64,000 nt of DNA from Chloropicon primus (Eukaryota): assembly GCA_023205875.1 (NCBI GenBank), contig CP060767.1, positions 248,001-312,000 on the forward strand, read 5' to 3'. Each line of letters opens with the position of its first letter. Position 1 is the first letter of the stretch. Shown here piece after piece: positions 1-11,318 of the stretch. Position numbers and translations under genes: made by a program. The notes below the pieces were generated by a model. The model was given only the letters and a program-made list of their open reading frames with translations. It did no database searches and had not been told where the DNA came from.

Positions 1-525
1 TCTGTGGGCACGACGACTGTGTCCCAGAGGGAGGGTTCCGCGAACGAGTTCATCGTCATCTACAGGTACGAGGGCGAGGGGGACCACAAGCTGCACATCA
101 CGCTGGACAAGGAGCACATCGTGAGGAGCCCCTTTCCCGTCACGATCCAGTCCAACGACATCAAGGTCGAGGAGCTCAGGGTGCACAACAACGACCTGAT
201 TTGGGACTCCGACATTGCGCTGATGTGGGAGCAGAAGCACAACGTGATCAATGTGGACGCCATCCCCGCGGGGAGCGCCAAGGCCGCCGCCGGGTACTTG
301 CAGAAGGCCGGGAGGACCCAGGTCGTTTCCTTGGGGGAGAGCATCACGTTGGCCCAGATCGAGAGCGAGCAGAGGTACGGGCACTACATCACCCGCAAGA
401 AGGCGATGTCTCTCCATTCGAGGATCGCCAACTTGAACCAGTTTTACAGCCCGAGCATGCGCATCCGGAGGCCGGTGAGCCAGCAGCAAGAGAAAGAGAG
501 GAGGAGCGGCGCTGCCGGGGAGTAG
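1..525 (+). CDS. 3' part of a filamin/Ig-like repeat-containing protein (5' truncated by window edge)
   Basis: Frame open from base 1 to TAG at 523-525; FIVIYRYEGEGDHKLHITLDKEHIVRSPFPVTI matches the filamin-repeat pattern (..G.h.l.i.l....i..SPF.v.i). Confidence 0.6.
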   Translation, partial: SVGTTTVSQREGSANEFIVIYRYEGEGDHKLHITLDKEHIVRSPFPVTIQSNDIKVEELRVHNNDLIWDSDIALMWEQKHNVINVDAIPAGSAKAAAGYLQKAGRTQVVSLGESITLAQIESEQRYGHYITRKKAMSLHSRIANLNQFYSPSMRIRRPVSQQQEKERRSGAAGE

Positions 526-663
526 CAGCAGCAGCAGTAGGGTGGCGGTGAGGGGTGGATGGATCATGGCAAGATTTGATCATTTTTGTAACATATATCA
601 TATATCATATATCATATAGTAGTATTTACTCAAAGACAAAGACTTGTCGTTGCTGCTGCTGTT

Positions 664-2070
664 TTACGGCCTTGATGATGATGATGATGACCCGGCGTTG
701 AGCTTTTCGAGGACGTTCTCCAAGGCTATGCCCCACTGGGTCCAGTGCGTTCCCCCCTGGCAGAACACCGCGTAGGGCTCCCTCAGCGGCCCGTCGCAGG
801 TCATCTCCCCGGTGCTGCCAGCCACGAAAGTGCCGTCCGCGAAGACGACTTGGTCGGCGTAGCCTGGCGTGTCCCCCGGCACGGGGTTGACGAACGAGTT
901 CACCGGCGACGCCTCCTGGACCGCCTTGCAGAAGGAAAGGAGCTCCTCCTCGCTCCTCAGCTTCACTGCGGTCACGAAGTCTCTTCTCTCGGCTCGCCGC
1001 GGGGGTAGGACCTCGTAACCCAGCCGGTCCATGACGTGGGCAATCAGTCTGCTCCCCTTGAGACCCTCCCCCACCGCGTGCGGGGCCATGTAAAGGCCCT
1101 GGAGCAGGAGCCTGTTTGTGTCCCCGAGGTGGGCCCCGTTGTCGCTCCCGGCGCCGGGAACCGTCAGCCTGGCCACCGCTTTGGCGACGAGGTCCCCCCT
1201 CCCCGCGACGTAACCCCCGCAGGGCGCTATGGTCCCCCCCGGGGACTTGATCAAGCTGCCCATCATCAGATCCGCGCCGATTTCGGGGCTCACCGGCTCC
1301 CTCTCCTCGACGAACTCCCCGTAGCAGTTGTCCACCAGGACGAGGCACCCCGGCGGGGCCTTCCTGCGGACGAGGTCCACGAAGTCCTTGATCTCCCCGA
1401 GGCTGTAGGTGGGCCTGAACTTGTAGCCGCAGGACCTCTGGAGGAAGCACACCGAGGGCTTCTTGGACTCCAAGCTTGCTTCTATGGCTTCCCAGTCCAA
1501 GGTGCCGTCTTCCTTCAGGCCCACCGTCTCGTACCGAACCCCCCAGTCGACCAGGGTCCCGGCGTCGCAGGACCCCTTGCCGCCGACGACCTCCTCCAGG
1601 GTGTCGTACGGCGAGCCCGAGCAGGACAGGAGGACGCTCCCCGGCCTCAGCACCCCGTAGAGGCCGCAGGCTATGGCATGGGTCCCGCTGACAATGTTCG
1701 CCCTCACGACCGCTGCCTCGCACTCCCACACTTCCCGGAAGACCTCGTCCAAGACCGACCGCCCGACGTCCCCTATGCCGTACCCGCTGCTGGTGCTCTG
1801 CACGTGGTGGGACCCCACCCTGCACATCCGAAACGCCCTCAGCACTCTCCTCTGGTGCTCCGCGGTCCGAAGGTCCTCCGCGTGAAACTCCTGCTGCAGG
1901 GAGAGCGCCACGTCCCAGACGTCCAGACTGCTGCTGCTGCTGCCACGAGGAAGAGGACCAGAAGATGCTGGTGTCGATGAAGAGGAACAAACGGTTGCAG
2001 CTAGAGCATGCTGGTGCCGGGAGGACCTTGAAGGAGGAAGCCTCGGCTTCGGCCTCAGCTTCATCTTCAT
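664..2070 (-). CDS. PLP-dependent methionine gamma-lyase / YnbB (aluminium-resistance) family protein with N-terminal organellar transit-like peptide, ~468 aa
   Basis: Motifs SSGYGIGDVGR, VSGTHAI, PYDTLEEVVG, VDNCYGEFVE, GSLIKSPGG (PLP Lys), GTFVAGST, QGGTH. First plausible ATG at 2070 (MKMKLRPKP..., S/R-rich). Confidence 0.85.
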   Translation of the reverse strand: MKMKLRPKPRLPPSRSSRHQHALAATVCSSSSTPASSGPLPRGSSSSSLDVWDVALSLQQEFHAEDLRTAEHQRRVLRAFRMCRVGSHHVQSTSSGYGIGDVGRSVLDEVFREVWECEAAVVRANIVSGTHAIACGLYGVLRPGSVLLSCSGSPYDTLEEVVGGKGSCDAGTLVDWGVRYETVGLKEDGTLDWEAIEASLESKKPSVCFLQRSCGYKFRPTYSLGEIKDFVDLVRRKAPPGCLVLVDNCYGEFVEEREPVSPEIGADLMMGSLIKSPGGTIAPCGGYVAGRGDLVAKAVARLTVPGAGSDNGAHLGDTNRLLLQGLYMAPHAVGEGLKGSRLIAHVMDRLGYEVLPPRRAERRDFVTAVKLRSEEELLSFCKAVQEASPVNSFVNPVPGDTPGYADQVVFADGTFVAGSTGEMTCDGPLREPYAVFCQGGTHWTQWGIALENVLEKLNAGSSSSSSRP

Positions 2071-2695
2071 CTCACACTCCCCTCCAATCTTCGCCAAAAA
2101 AGTCAAGCGAGGGATCGATGGAAAGATCTTGAGGTCCTCTTCATTCTCTAGCCGTCCTGTTATCCGACCAAAAGGAAGAGGAAAGTCCAGCAACAACAAA
2201 GTATGGTGTTGGGGATGAGGGGAAATAAGTTGTTCAGTTTTTCATTCAGTTGGAAACATCTTCGCCGTCACTGGACCATTTTCCTCCATTGAGATGTCAT
2301 TCGAAAGAGGACGACACAAATCTTCGAATGATTCATCGCAAACCTCCCCCTTCTCTCGTGATCGACCACCAGCGGCGTGAGAAGGCGCACCACCCACCTC
2401 CTCCTCCCTGGGCGCGAATCGAAGGAAAAAAAGTGCTTTATCTATTCATGAGTGTACCATATTGTACACTATTATGACAAACCCTAATGCGCGAGACCAA
2501 AAGGCCAAGAGGCTCTGGCGGTCGAGAGAGAGAGAGAGAGACAAGGACGAGTGTGGCGCTCGGGGGGAGGAGGCGAAGGAGGCGAGGTTTGGATCGATCG
2601 AAAGAGCGTCTCGCGAGCTTTCGATTGACCCCTCGTTCGAAGGGTTTGGCTCTAGGGTTCGTTCTCGGTGACGGAGTGAGAGAGAGGGTGTCACC

Positions 2696-5614
2696 ATGGG
2701 CGACCTATGGAGGAGTCAGGAGATGCAACTCGTGCAGCTCGTCATCCCAGCGGTAAGAAGGAAGAAAGAGGAGGACGGCATGCGATGAGATGCTATGAGA
2801 TGATTCATGCCACCACCGACCACGTCACGTCACGCCATGTCATCGCATGTCCTGCTAGAGAGAGACAGACAGACAGAGAGAGAGAGAGAGGAACTGCAAT
2901 CGAATGGCCTCTGTTCTGAGACACCAGCAGCAGCACCTGACAGAGAGAGAGAGAGAGAGAGGTTGGCAGGAGAAGGAGGTGTCTGACTTTCTTTTTTTTC
3001 TCGTAACGCTTTTCTTTTCTTCGTCCGTTTCGCTCTCTTCTTCATCCACCGGATGACGCACCTCCTCTCCTCTCCTCTTTCTTGTTGTTGTTGTTGTTGT
3101 TGATGATGATGATGGCTGACTCATGAACAGGAAGCTGCTCACGACACGGTGGAGAAGCTTGGGTATGTGGGGAAGATGCAGTTCAAGGACTTGAACAAGG
3201 ACAAGAGCGCGTTCCAGAGGACGTACGCGAATCAGGTGAAGCGTTGTGATGAGATGCAAAGGAAGTTGAGGTTCCTGTTGGAGGAGATGGGCAAGGCCGA
3301 GATAGCGAACGTGGAGACCAAGACCCTCGCCCTGCAGGAGGCCATCGCCAACTCGAGGAGCGGCTTCGAGAAGCAGCACGACTTGGACGAGCTTGAGGTG
3401 ACGTTGGAGGAGCTCGAGCACGACTTGTGCGACATCAGCGCCGCGATGACCAAGCTGGAGAGGTCGAAGAGTGAGCTCGTGGAGTTCCAGCTGGTGCTCG
3501 ACCAGGCTGGGAGCTTCTTCGACACGGCGAGGAGGAGCGCGAGCATAGACAGCAACCCGGCGCAGACGACGGCGGGGGACGTGTACGGCCAGATGGAGGC
3601 GCCCCTGATGGGGGGGAACTCCTTCACCAGCGACATGCAGCACGTGAGCCACGGAGCGGACACCGGGTACTCTTCCGCGCTGAACACCAGGCTCGGTTTC
3701 ATCGCGGGTCTGATCCCTCACGCAAAGATCGCGAGCTTTGAAAGGATTCTGTTCAGGGCCATGAGGGGAAACATGTTCCTGAAGCACCAGGAGGTGGGTC
3801 TCGTGATGGACCCGGCGCAGTGCGAGAAGCAGAACAAATCCGTGTTCGTGGTCTTCTTCTCTGGGGAGAGGTCGAGGGCCAAGATCTTGAAGATCTGTGA
3901 CGCCTTCTCGGCCAACCGTTACCCCCTCCCCGAGGAGCCCATGAAGCAGGCGAGCATGAGGTCCGAGGTCAACGCCAGGCTGATGGAGCTGTCCCAGACG
4001 GTCGACGCGTCGAACGACCAGAAGAGGACCTTGCTGCTCAGGATCCACCACGACTGGGACTCGTGGATGGCCCTGGTGAAGAGGGAGAAGATGATCTACC
4101 ACTCGCTGAACAAGTTCAACATCGACGTGACGTCCAAGTGCCTGGTGGCCCAGGGCTGGATCCCGACGAAGAACAGGGAGGAGGTCCTGCAGGCGCTCAA
4201 GGAAGCCTGCGTGGACAGCAACGCCCCCGTGAACACCGTGTTCCACCAGGTCTACACCAGCGAGAGCCCCCCGACCTACTTTGAGAGCTCCAAGGTCATC
4301 ACCGCGTTCCAGTCCGTGGTCGATGCTTACGGCGTGGCGAGGTACAGGGAGATGAACCCGACGGTGTTCACCATCGTGACCTTCCCCTTCCTCTTTGCCA
4401 TCATGTTCGGGGACATTGGCCACGGGCTTCTCATGCTCATGTTCGCCCTCTACATGGTGCTCTCCGAGAAGAAGATGGAGAAGAAGGCGAAGAACGACAT
4501 GGTCGAGATGGCCTTCGGGGGCAGGTACCTCATCCTGCTGATGTCCATCTTCAGCATCTACACCGGGTTCCTCTACAACGAGGTGTTCTCCATCCCGGCC
4601 ACGGTGTTCGGGCCCACCAAGTGGGTGTGGAACAACGCGACCGAGGCCTACGACATGCCGCACGGGGCCTCCCCGTACCCCTTTGGGGTGGACCCGATCT
4701 GGCACGGGACCAAGACGGAGCTCACGTACCTGAACTCGATGAAGATGAAGATGTCCATCGTCCTGGGCGTCATCCAGATGCTCCTCGGGATCACGGTGTC
4801 CCTGTGGAACTACCTGGAGAAGCCCACGGGGCCCCAGAGCGTGGAGAGGGACATGCTCAGCATCACTTGCGAGTTCATCCCGAGGTTCCTGTTCCTGACC
4901 TGCACGTTCGGCTACCTCGCCATACTCATTCTCGTCAAGTGGTTCTCGGGCTCCAAGGCGGACCTGTACCTGTTGATGATCAACATGTTCCTCTCCCCGG
5001 GGGAGAGCGACTGCGGGAAGAACTGCGAGAAGAGCGATGCCCTCTACGGCCTGGGCGGCCTGGCCGGGTTCCTCGTCTTTGTGGCCTTCTGCTGCGTGCC
5101 CTGGATGCTCTTCCCGAAGCCCTTCATCCTGAAGAAGAGGCACGCCAGGAAGCAGGGTGGCCAGGAGTACGAGATCCTGGGCGGGGACGACGGGACGACG
5201 GACGGGCTGGAAAACGGGGGCGCGGAGGGAGGGTCCGCTGAGGAGGAGTTCGACTTTGGGGAGGAGATGGTCCACAACATGATTCACACCATCGAGTTCG
5301 TCCTCGGGGCCGTCTCGAACACCGCGTCTTACCTCAGGCTGTGGGCCCTCTCGCTGGCCCACTCGCAGCTCTCGGCCGTCTTCTACGAGAAGTGCTTCGT
5401 CGCGGCCTTGGAGACGGGGAGCGCCGTGGCCATCGTCATCGGGTTTTACATCTGGGCCCTCGCGACCTTTGGGGTCCTGATGATCATGGAGAGCCTGAGC
5501 GCGTTCTTGCACGCGCTCAGGCTGCACTGGGTCGAGTACCAGAACAAGTTCTACGAGGGCGACGGGTACCAGTTCGAGCCCTTTAGCTTCGTCTTGGGGA
5601 TCAAGATGGAATGA
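2696..5614 (+). CDS. VHA-a: V-type H+-ATPase V0 subunit a, ~846 aa, 2 exons
   Basis: Exon1 2696-2752 (MGDLWRSQEMQLVQLVIPA); intron 2753-3130 (GTAAG...CTGAC...CAG); exon2 3131-5614. Motifs FKDLN, YGVARYRE, FPFLFAIMFGD, NTASYLRLWALSLAH, LHALRLHWVE. Confidence 0.97.
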
Positions 5615-6330
5615 TGAATGAATAGGAATGAAAAAAATGAAAATGAAAAAAAAATTGCTAGGAGGGGGAGGGACTTGAGTGAGTGGGTGAATGGGTGAGT
5701 GGAGAGCAACAGAAACAAAAAAACAAAAACGTTGATTGATTGGTTGATTGATTTAATGATTGATTGATTTGTTAAAGGCCACGTCGGCGGGGGCTCCACC
5801 CTTCTGGGCCTTCTTCTCCGCCTTCTTCTCCTCCTTGGCCGGAGGATCCGCCTTCCGCTCAGGCTCAGGCTGTTGGCTCGCAGTCGAAGAGGTCATTCTT
5901 GCATCCATCCATCCATCCATCCATCCATCCTCTCTGTCTAGGGCAAGAAAAGTGAGCGAGTGAGGTATTTCATTGCAAAGGGCAAGAGACAATGCCTCCC
6001 TCCCTCCCTCCCTCCCTCCCTCCCCCTGTTGCCTTCCCTCCCCTCACCCACCACCATTCACCCCCTCCATCCCGCCCGCCATCAGGCCTGCATCCATCCA
6101 GACAACGCTGCGACCAAGGTGGAGGGGTGGAACGCAATCAGCGAGGGTTTTGACGACGAGGGCGGGAGAGGAAGCGCGCGGCGAGGGCACCACACGAAAG
6201 TACGTCTCGAGATCTTTCCATTGGTACCTTGGTTGACGGCATCGGCGAAGGATTGACCCGCCGTCTGAACGAGATTGCTTGATTCCTGGCGAGGGAAGTG
6301 AAGGAGTGCAGCGCAATCGAGACAGAGAGG

Positions 6331-7372
6331 ATGATGAACAACGGCGGCGGCGGAGGAGGAGGTGGTCCTGACTGGAACGGTAAGTGGTGAAGAAGGAGTA
6401 GACACGTTTATGGTTCGTTCGTTCGTTCAAGAAGGGTTTCGTTTCCTCTGACACCCTCCAAACTCTGTCTCTGTCTCTGTCTCTGCCTCTTGACTCTTAG
6501 GTCTGCTCAAGTGGTCCCTGAAGCACAACGACGGGACGTCCAAGCCGAGGACGTTCACGGAGGAGGAGAGGCGTTGGTTCTACGAGGCGATGGAGTCCCA
6601 GGTGGAGGACGAGGGGGAGCGTCTGAAGCAGGACATGCTGGTGCTGGCGCAGAGCGGGGAGGGGGAGGTGCAGGGCGTGAGCGTGGAGCGCCAGGTGGAC
6701 ATCCTGGAGGACGTGGAGGACCTCGTGTCCCAGATCGACCTGGCCAAGACGTTCGTCAAGATGGAGGGCCTGGTGATCTTGCTGAGGATCGCGAGGGACA
6801 GGGGCAAGGACGACAGGCTGAGGGCGGGCGCCCTCACGGCGGCCTCGACGTGTCTGCAGCACAACCCCGAGGGCCAGGAGGACTTTCTCAGGCGGGGGGG
6901 CGTGGAGGCTGCGACGGAGATCGTGGCCGGTGGGAAGGCCGTGGGCGCCAAGGTGAGGGCCAAGGCGGTCGGCGTGATCTCGGCCGCGGTCAAGCACCAC
7001 AGGATGGGGTTCCTCCAGTTCCTGCAAACCGGTGGCGTCGGCGTCGTCGCCCAGGCGGTGGCCTTGGGGGAGGAGGAGGGGGAGGTGGTTCTGCTGAGGA
7101 AGGGGCTGAGGCTGCTCGAGTACGTGGCGAGGCAAGGACAAGGTGCGGAGGACCTCGGGAGGGTCCCGGTGAAGCGCTTGCTGGGCAGCGGGGACTTGGA
7201 GGTGAGGGAGGCGTGCTTGGGGCTGCTGGCGGTGCTGGGGAAGGGGGAGGGGGAGTGGAGGGGGGAGGTGGAGAGGATCGTGAGGGAGGGGGAGGAGGAG
7301 CTGAGGGGGGGGGAGGAGGAAAGGAGGGACGAGGTGGAGCTGGCCAAGGAAGTTTTAGGGAGGATGGGGTAG
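6331..7372 (+). CDS. FES1: Hsp70 nucleotide-exchange factor Fes1/HspBP1 (ARM repeats), ~306 aa, 2 exons
   Basis: Exon1 6331-6379, intron 6380-6500 (GTAAGT...TAG), exon2 6501-7372. The spliced N-terminus GPDWNGLLKWSLKHNDGTSKPRTFTEEERRWFYEAM is the plant Fes1 signature; IDLAKTF, QHNPEGQ follow. Confidence 0.9.
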
Positions 7373-7509
7373 CAGTTAGTGAGTCAGTGAGTTAGTGAGG
7401 AGGAGGAATAAAATATAAAAGACGATTGATTGAGTGTAGTAGATGGATTGATTTTTATCTCAATGACCGGCCTGCCTGGTGCCAGGTGTGTGTGTGTGTG
7501 TGCGCGCGT

Positions 7510-7582
7510 GTGAAGTTCTTGATGGGCTTGGACATCTCGGACTGCTCCTTCCTCTGGTGCTGCTTCATCTGCCTGCTGAACG
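7510..7582. repeat. 73-bp degenerate copy of the 3' coding end of the PH-domain gene (7751-7823)
   Basis: Direct alignment by eye: 3 mismatches in 73 bp, offset 241. Confidence 0.9.
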
Positions 7583-7728
7583 AACATACAGTGTGGGTGT
7601 GGGTGGTGGTGGAGTGGGAGGACGAATGCTTGGGGCGATGATCTCATCGGACCGGCCGGGAGGTGAAATAAACACACTGGGATTTGTTACTTTGCGGGAA
7701 AACAGTTGCTCTCGTTCTTCTTGCCGCT

Positions 7729-8463
7729 TTACTTGCCGAAGAGGCCGTCCGTGAAGTTCTTGATGGACTTGGACATATCGGCCTGCTCCTTCCTCTGGTG
7801 CTGCTTCATCTGCCTGCTGAACGTCTTGGAAGCGGTGCCCATGATGGTGTCCGTCATGCTGGTCATGGCGTTCTTCATCATTCTCATCGGACCGGCGTTG
7901 CCGGACCACTTGATGGTCTTCTCCACAGCCATCTTGAGGTACCCGGTCCACTCCTTGAGCTCCTCGTCCGTCTCGAACAGGAAGACGTGAACCTTGTCCC
8001 CGGACCTGCCCCCTGGGCCCTCTTGGAAGAACAGGCAGAGCTTCTGGCGGTCCCTATCCCCGATGGCGTACTTGGCGTTGCCCTTAATCTTGGACTTGGC
8101 CCTGAGGTTGGCCCCCCTCACGATAAGGACCTTGGGCTCGTCCCCCTCCTTGGGACCCACGCTCCCGTCCTCCTTCTGCTCGCATTCGGAGTAACTCAAG
8201 ATGTAACCGAGTTCCTCGTCCCAGTGAAGCACCACCCACCTCTCCCTGAACGCCTTGGTCACGTCCCCGCGCTTCTTCAGGAGACCCTCCATGAACAGGG
8301 TGTTGTCCACCGGCTGGTTGGAGGAGTAAGAGGAGGGGTCCTCGTCGTCCTCGTAGACCTCGTAGTCCTCGTCGTCAAGGCAGGAGGTGGAGGTGATGCC
8401 GGCGGTCTTCATCCAATCCGTCTGAGGGCGAGGGTCTGGAACGGGCTCTCCTGGGGCGTCCAT
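7729..8463 (-). CDS. Pleckstrin-homology (PH) domain protein, ~244 aa
   Basis: MEGLLKKRGDVTKAFRERWVVL ... VFLFETDEELKEWTGYL are the PH beta1/beta2 strands and the C-terminal helix with its conserved Trp. ATG 8463 chosen because the upstream ORF extension is low-complexity. Confidence 0.8.
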   Translation of the reverse strand: MDAPGEPVPDPRPQTDWMKTAGITSTSCLDDEDYEVYEDDEDPSSYSSNQPVDNTLFMEGLLKKRGDVTKAFRERWVVLHWDEELGYILSYSECEQKEDGSVGPKEGDEPKVLIVRGANLRAKSKIKGNAKYAIGDRDRQKLCLFFQEGPGGRSGDKVHVFLFETDEELKEWTGYLKMAVEKTIKWSGNAGPMRMMKNAMTSMTDTIMGTASKTFSRQMKQHQRKEQADMSKSIKNFTDGLFGK

Positions 8464-8776
8464 AATAACAATATACACTAGTACTGTTTGGATTGATACT
8501 ACTCCAATGTATCGTATTGATGGTGACGAGGAAAGGAATGGAAAGGAAAGGAAAGTTGTTGTTGTCAGGGGGCTTGGTTGGTCGTGGAGGTATCTTGCTG
8601 AAGTGCGTGCGTGCGTTACATATGCTATCAGCTGCCTGCTTGTGAATGGGGCATTCATTCCTATTATGCAACAGGATTCTCAGGAGCTTGGAGCTTGGAG
8701 CTTGTGTGTGTTTGGAAGAGAGAGAGAGGGGGGGGGAGAGAGGGAGAGGGAGAGAAGGTTGTTGCTGTTGTTGTTG

Positions 8777-8819
<43 letters not shown>

Positions 8820-10802
8820 TGTGTGTGTTGTCTTACCTTGTGTTTTGTTTGTTGTGCTGCTGGTATTTTGACTGGGAACTGGGAGGTAGAGAGGTAGTAC
8901 GATGAAGTGCGATGCAAGACAAAAGATGACCAGCAGACCAGAGGCAAGGCGAGGCAATGGAGGGAGGGCTGTTGTGTGTTGGAGTAGTACACAGCAGAAG
9001 AAGAAGTCTTGGAGACTCCTGGATTCGCCTAGCCTGACGGGCTCGTCGAGATGCAATGCATCGGTGCATTGACTTGACGAGTTCCACGACCAATACCACC
9101 GATGGCGCTGCTCAAGGCAGAAGCACCGAGATCGTCATGACCGAGGTTTCTGGTGACGGAATGTTAGCGGGGGCAAGCAAAAGGTTCGTCGTAGAGATGT
9201 GTAGCGGCAAGGTTTCTGGCCAGAGCCAGGGGGGGCGTGGACTGAGACTGGACTAGAGGGACTTGGCATATAGTGGCGATCCTCCTGCTGGAGGGAGGAG
9301 GGAGGTGTTGTACCTCGTTGTTCTTGTAGCGATTGGGGCCAGACAAGGGACCCAGAGCGGGTAGCCCTCCAGGATCTGGAGCTGATCCTGGTGTCCTGAT
9401 CAACCCTGGGATATGGATTTTCACAAGTATCTCCCAGAGTGGACACAGGGAGGTACTTGGACCTCCGCGACGAGCTGGAGGAGGTGATCGACCTTCTCAA
9501 GGACCCGTACGCGTCGTCGAATCCACGTTCTCCTCGATGGCGGCCATCTCCCGCTCCCTATGAGGTCCCGCGGAGGTCGCCAGGGCCACTGTGCAAGCGT
9601 TGGTGTCCAGGCTTGTTCCGAGTGCCACCGCGCCGCACGGCTGCCCGCTGCCCTGCAATTGGGTGAAGACAGAAACACTGGCACCACAATCCTTGGGCGC
9701 CACCCACCTGGAGAACCGCGGCCGGGGTGGCGCCACCAGCCCCTTCTTCACATGACGTCCCAGTATTCGTCAGTCTCCTCTTCTTCGTCGGCAACCAGCG
9801 GCCGTAGTATTCCAGGAGGTAACTCATCGCTTTCTCTCTGGTCGCGGTCTTCTCGTCGTCGTCCTCCTCAGCCGTTACGATCAACGATCTCGTCCTCCTC
9901 AGCCGTTACGATTCATGATCTCATTGTCCTTGTATAATTAACGTATCTCACCGAACCCTTCTCTCGCGGAGCAAGAGGAGAGGCGGCTGTTGTTTCGCCG
10001 CCTCCTCGGGTTTTTGTATCCGTGTCGGGAATCGAACCCGAGTCTGTTCCGTTCCGTTCCGTTTTCTTCTTCAGCTTGGCAGGGAACTGTGCTACCACTA
10101 TACCACACGGATATGTAGAAATCGCACGTTGTTCGCGATTGTGTGATGAGATTTTTTCACATTTTTTTCTATATACACTCATCATTTTACGTAATCGAAG
10201 TGTACACTCATTGTGCACCGCTGGAACGACTCGTGACAATTCGTGGCTCACAGAACACGAGTGACGAGATCAGATCTCCTACGACGACGACGACCGACGA
10301 CGACGAGGACGACGACGAAGGAGGTAAGGGACGCACGCGAGGAGGACGACGAAGAGGTACGGGTCTCCCTCTCTTCCTCTCATCCTCTTCCTCTCTCTCT
10401 CTCTCTCTCTTTTTCTCTTTCCATCGTTCAAAGGAGACCCTCTACGAAGGCAGAGAACCCTCGTCCTCCTCGTTTTCTTCTTCTTCTTCTTCTTCGTTGT
10501 TGTTGTGCGGATCACCTGACCCCCACCCTCTCTCATTCTCTCATTCAACTGGTCTACTAGGACGTTCTGGCTCCTCCGCACCAGCAACCAAAGCATTTGC
10601 ATTTGCGCAAGGTAAGAGAGAGTTCCATCCCCAAAAAAACACTTCCCTCCCTCACAAGCTGCCGAACTCCCAGCTCCTAACTCATGCACGCACACACAAC
10701 CTTCTTCTTCTTTCTTCTTCTTTCTTTTTCTTTCTTCTTCTTTCTTTTTCTTTCTTCTTTCTTCCAGCCATCCTATCCTATCATAACATCACAGCAACGA
10801 CG

Positions 10803-11195
10803 ATGACGAAGATGCACCTCCTCCTCAAGTCGTCCACCACCACCACCACCATCCCAAGGCGATCCACCTTTCCCACCACCTCCACCTCCACCTCCACCAC
10901 TCGGCGGCGAGTCGCTCCGCTCAGGGCGTCCAAGTCGAACGAGCCGCGCACCTTGGCCCAGAACCTTTCGTTCGAGGACGGCGTCTTCGCCCCGGCCGTG
11001 CGCATCGCCATTGCCCTGGTTGGCCTCAAGGACCTGAACAAGCTGAGGGGAAAGGCGATCGCCCTGCACTCGCAGGTCATCAGCTCGTTCTGCAAGCAGG
11101 TCGGCGCCCCGCCCAAGACCAAGCAGGGTCTCATCCGCCTGGCCAAGAAGAACGGCCACGACCTCGGGTTCCTCGTGACGGAGAGCGCCTGGTAA
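10803..11195 (+). CDS. PGR5: Proton gradient regulation 5 (cyclic electron flow), plastid transit peptide, ~130 aa
   Basis: GVFAPAV...LNKLRGKAIALHSQVISSFCKQVGA..KQGLIRLAKKNGHDLGFL is the PGR5 core; S/T/R-rich N-terminus. Confidence 0.95.
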   Translation: MTKMHLLLKSSTTTTTIPRRSTFPTTSTSTSTTRRRVAPLRASKSNEPRTLAQNLSFEDGVFAPAVRIAIALVGLKDLNKLRGKAIALHSQVISSFCKQVGAPPKTKQGLIRLAKKNGHDLGFLVTESAW

Positions 11196-11263
11196 GATAA
11201 GAACGATGGGGTTGTTCCACGAAAACCAAGGCAAAAAAAGAATTGAAAATCCATTCCATTATT

Positions 11264-11310
11264 CTTCCCATTTTTACTCTTCCCATTTTCACTCTTCCCA
11301 TTTTTACTCT
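11264..11310. repeat. Three tandem copies of a 15-bp unit (CTTCCCATTTTYACT) between convergent genes
   Basis: Read directly from the sequence. Confidence 0.8.
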
Positions 11311-11318
11311 CCCTTCCA

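Noticed and set aside
2855..5527. 890-aa antisense ORF over VHA-a (similar long shadow ORFs over GDH, POT1, the PZP gene, AMT and the His-motif genes)
   Set aside because: Expected by-product of high GC3 codon bias; no recognisable motifs, and they mirror well-supported genes.
8660..8830. Cys/Val/Leu-rich ORFs from (CT)n/(GT)n tracts (also ~17480 and ~63430)
   Set aside because: Simple-sequence repeats typical of spacers and introns here.
9460..9510. ELEEVIDLLKDP resembling the pre-Walker-A helix of FtsH
   Set aside because: No Walker A or other AAA motif follows; too short to assign.
10143..10802. 220-aa N-terminal extension of PGR5 in the ORF track
   Set aside because: Translates microsatellite/pyrimidine tracts containing GTAAG donors; more likely 5'UTR and introns.
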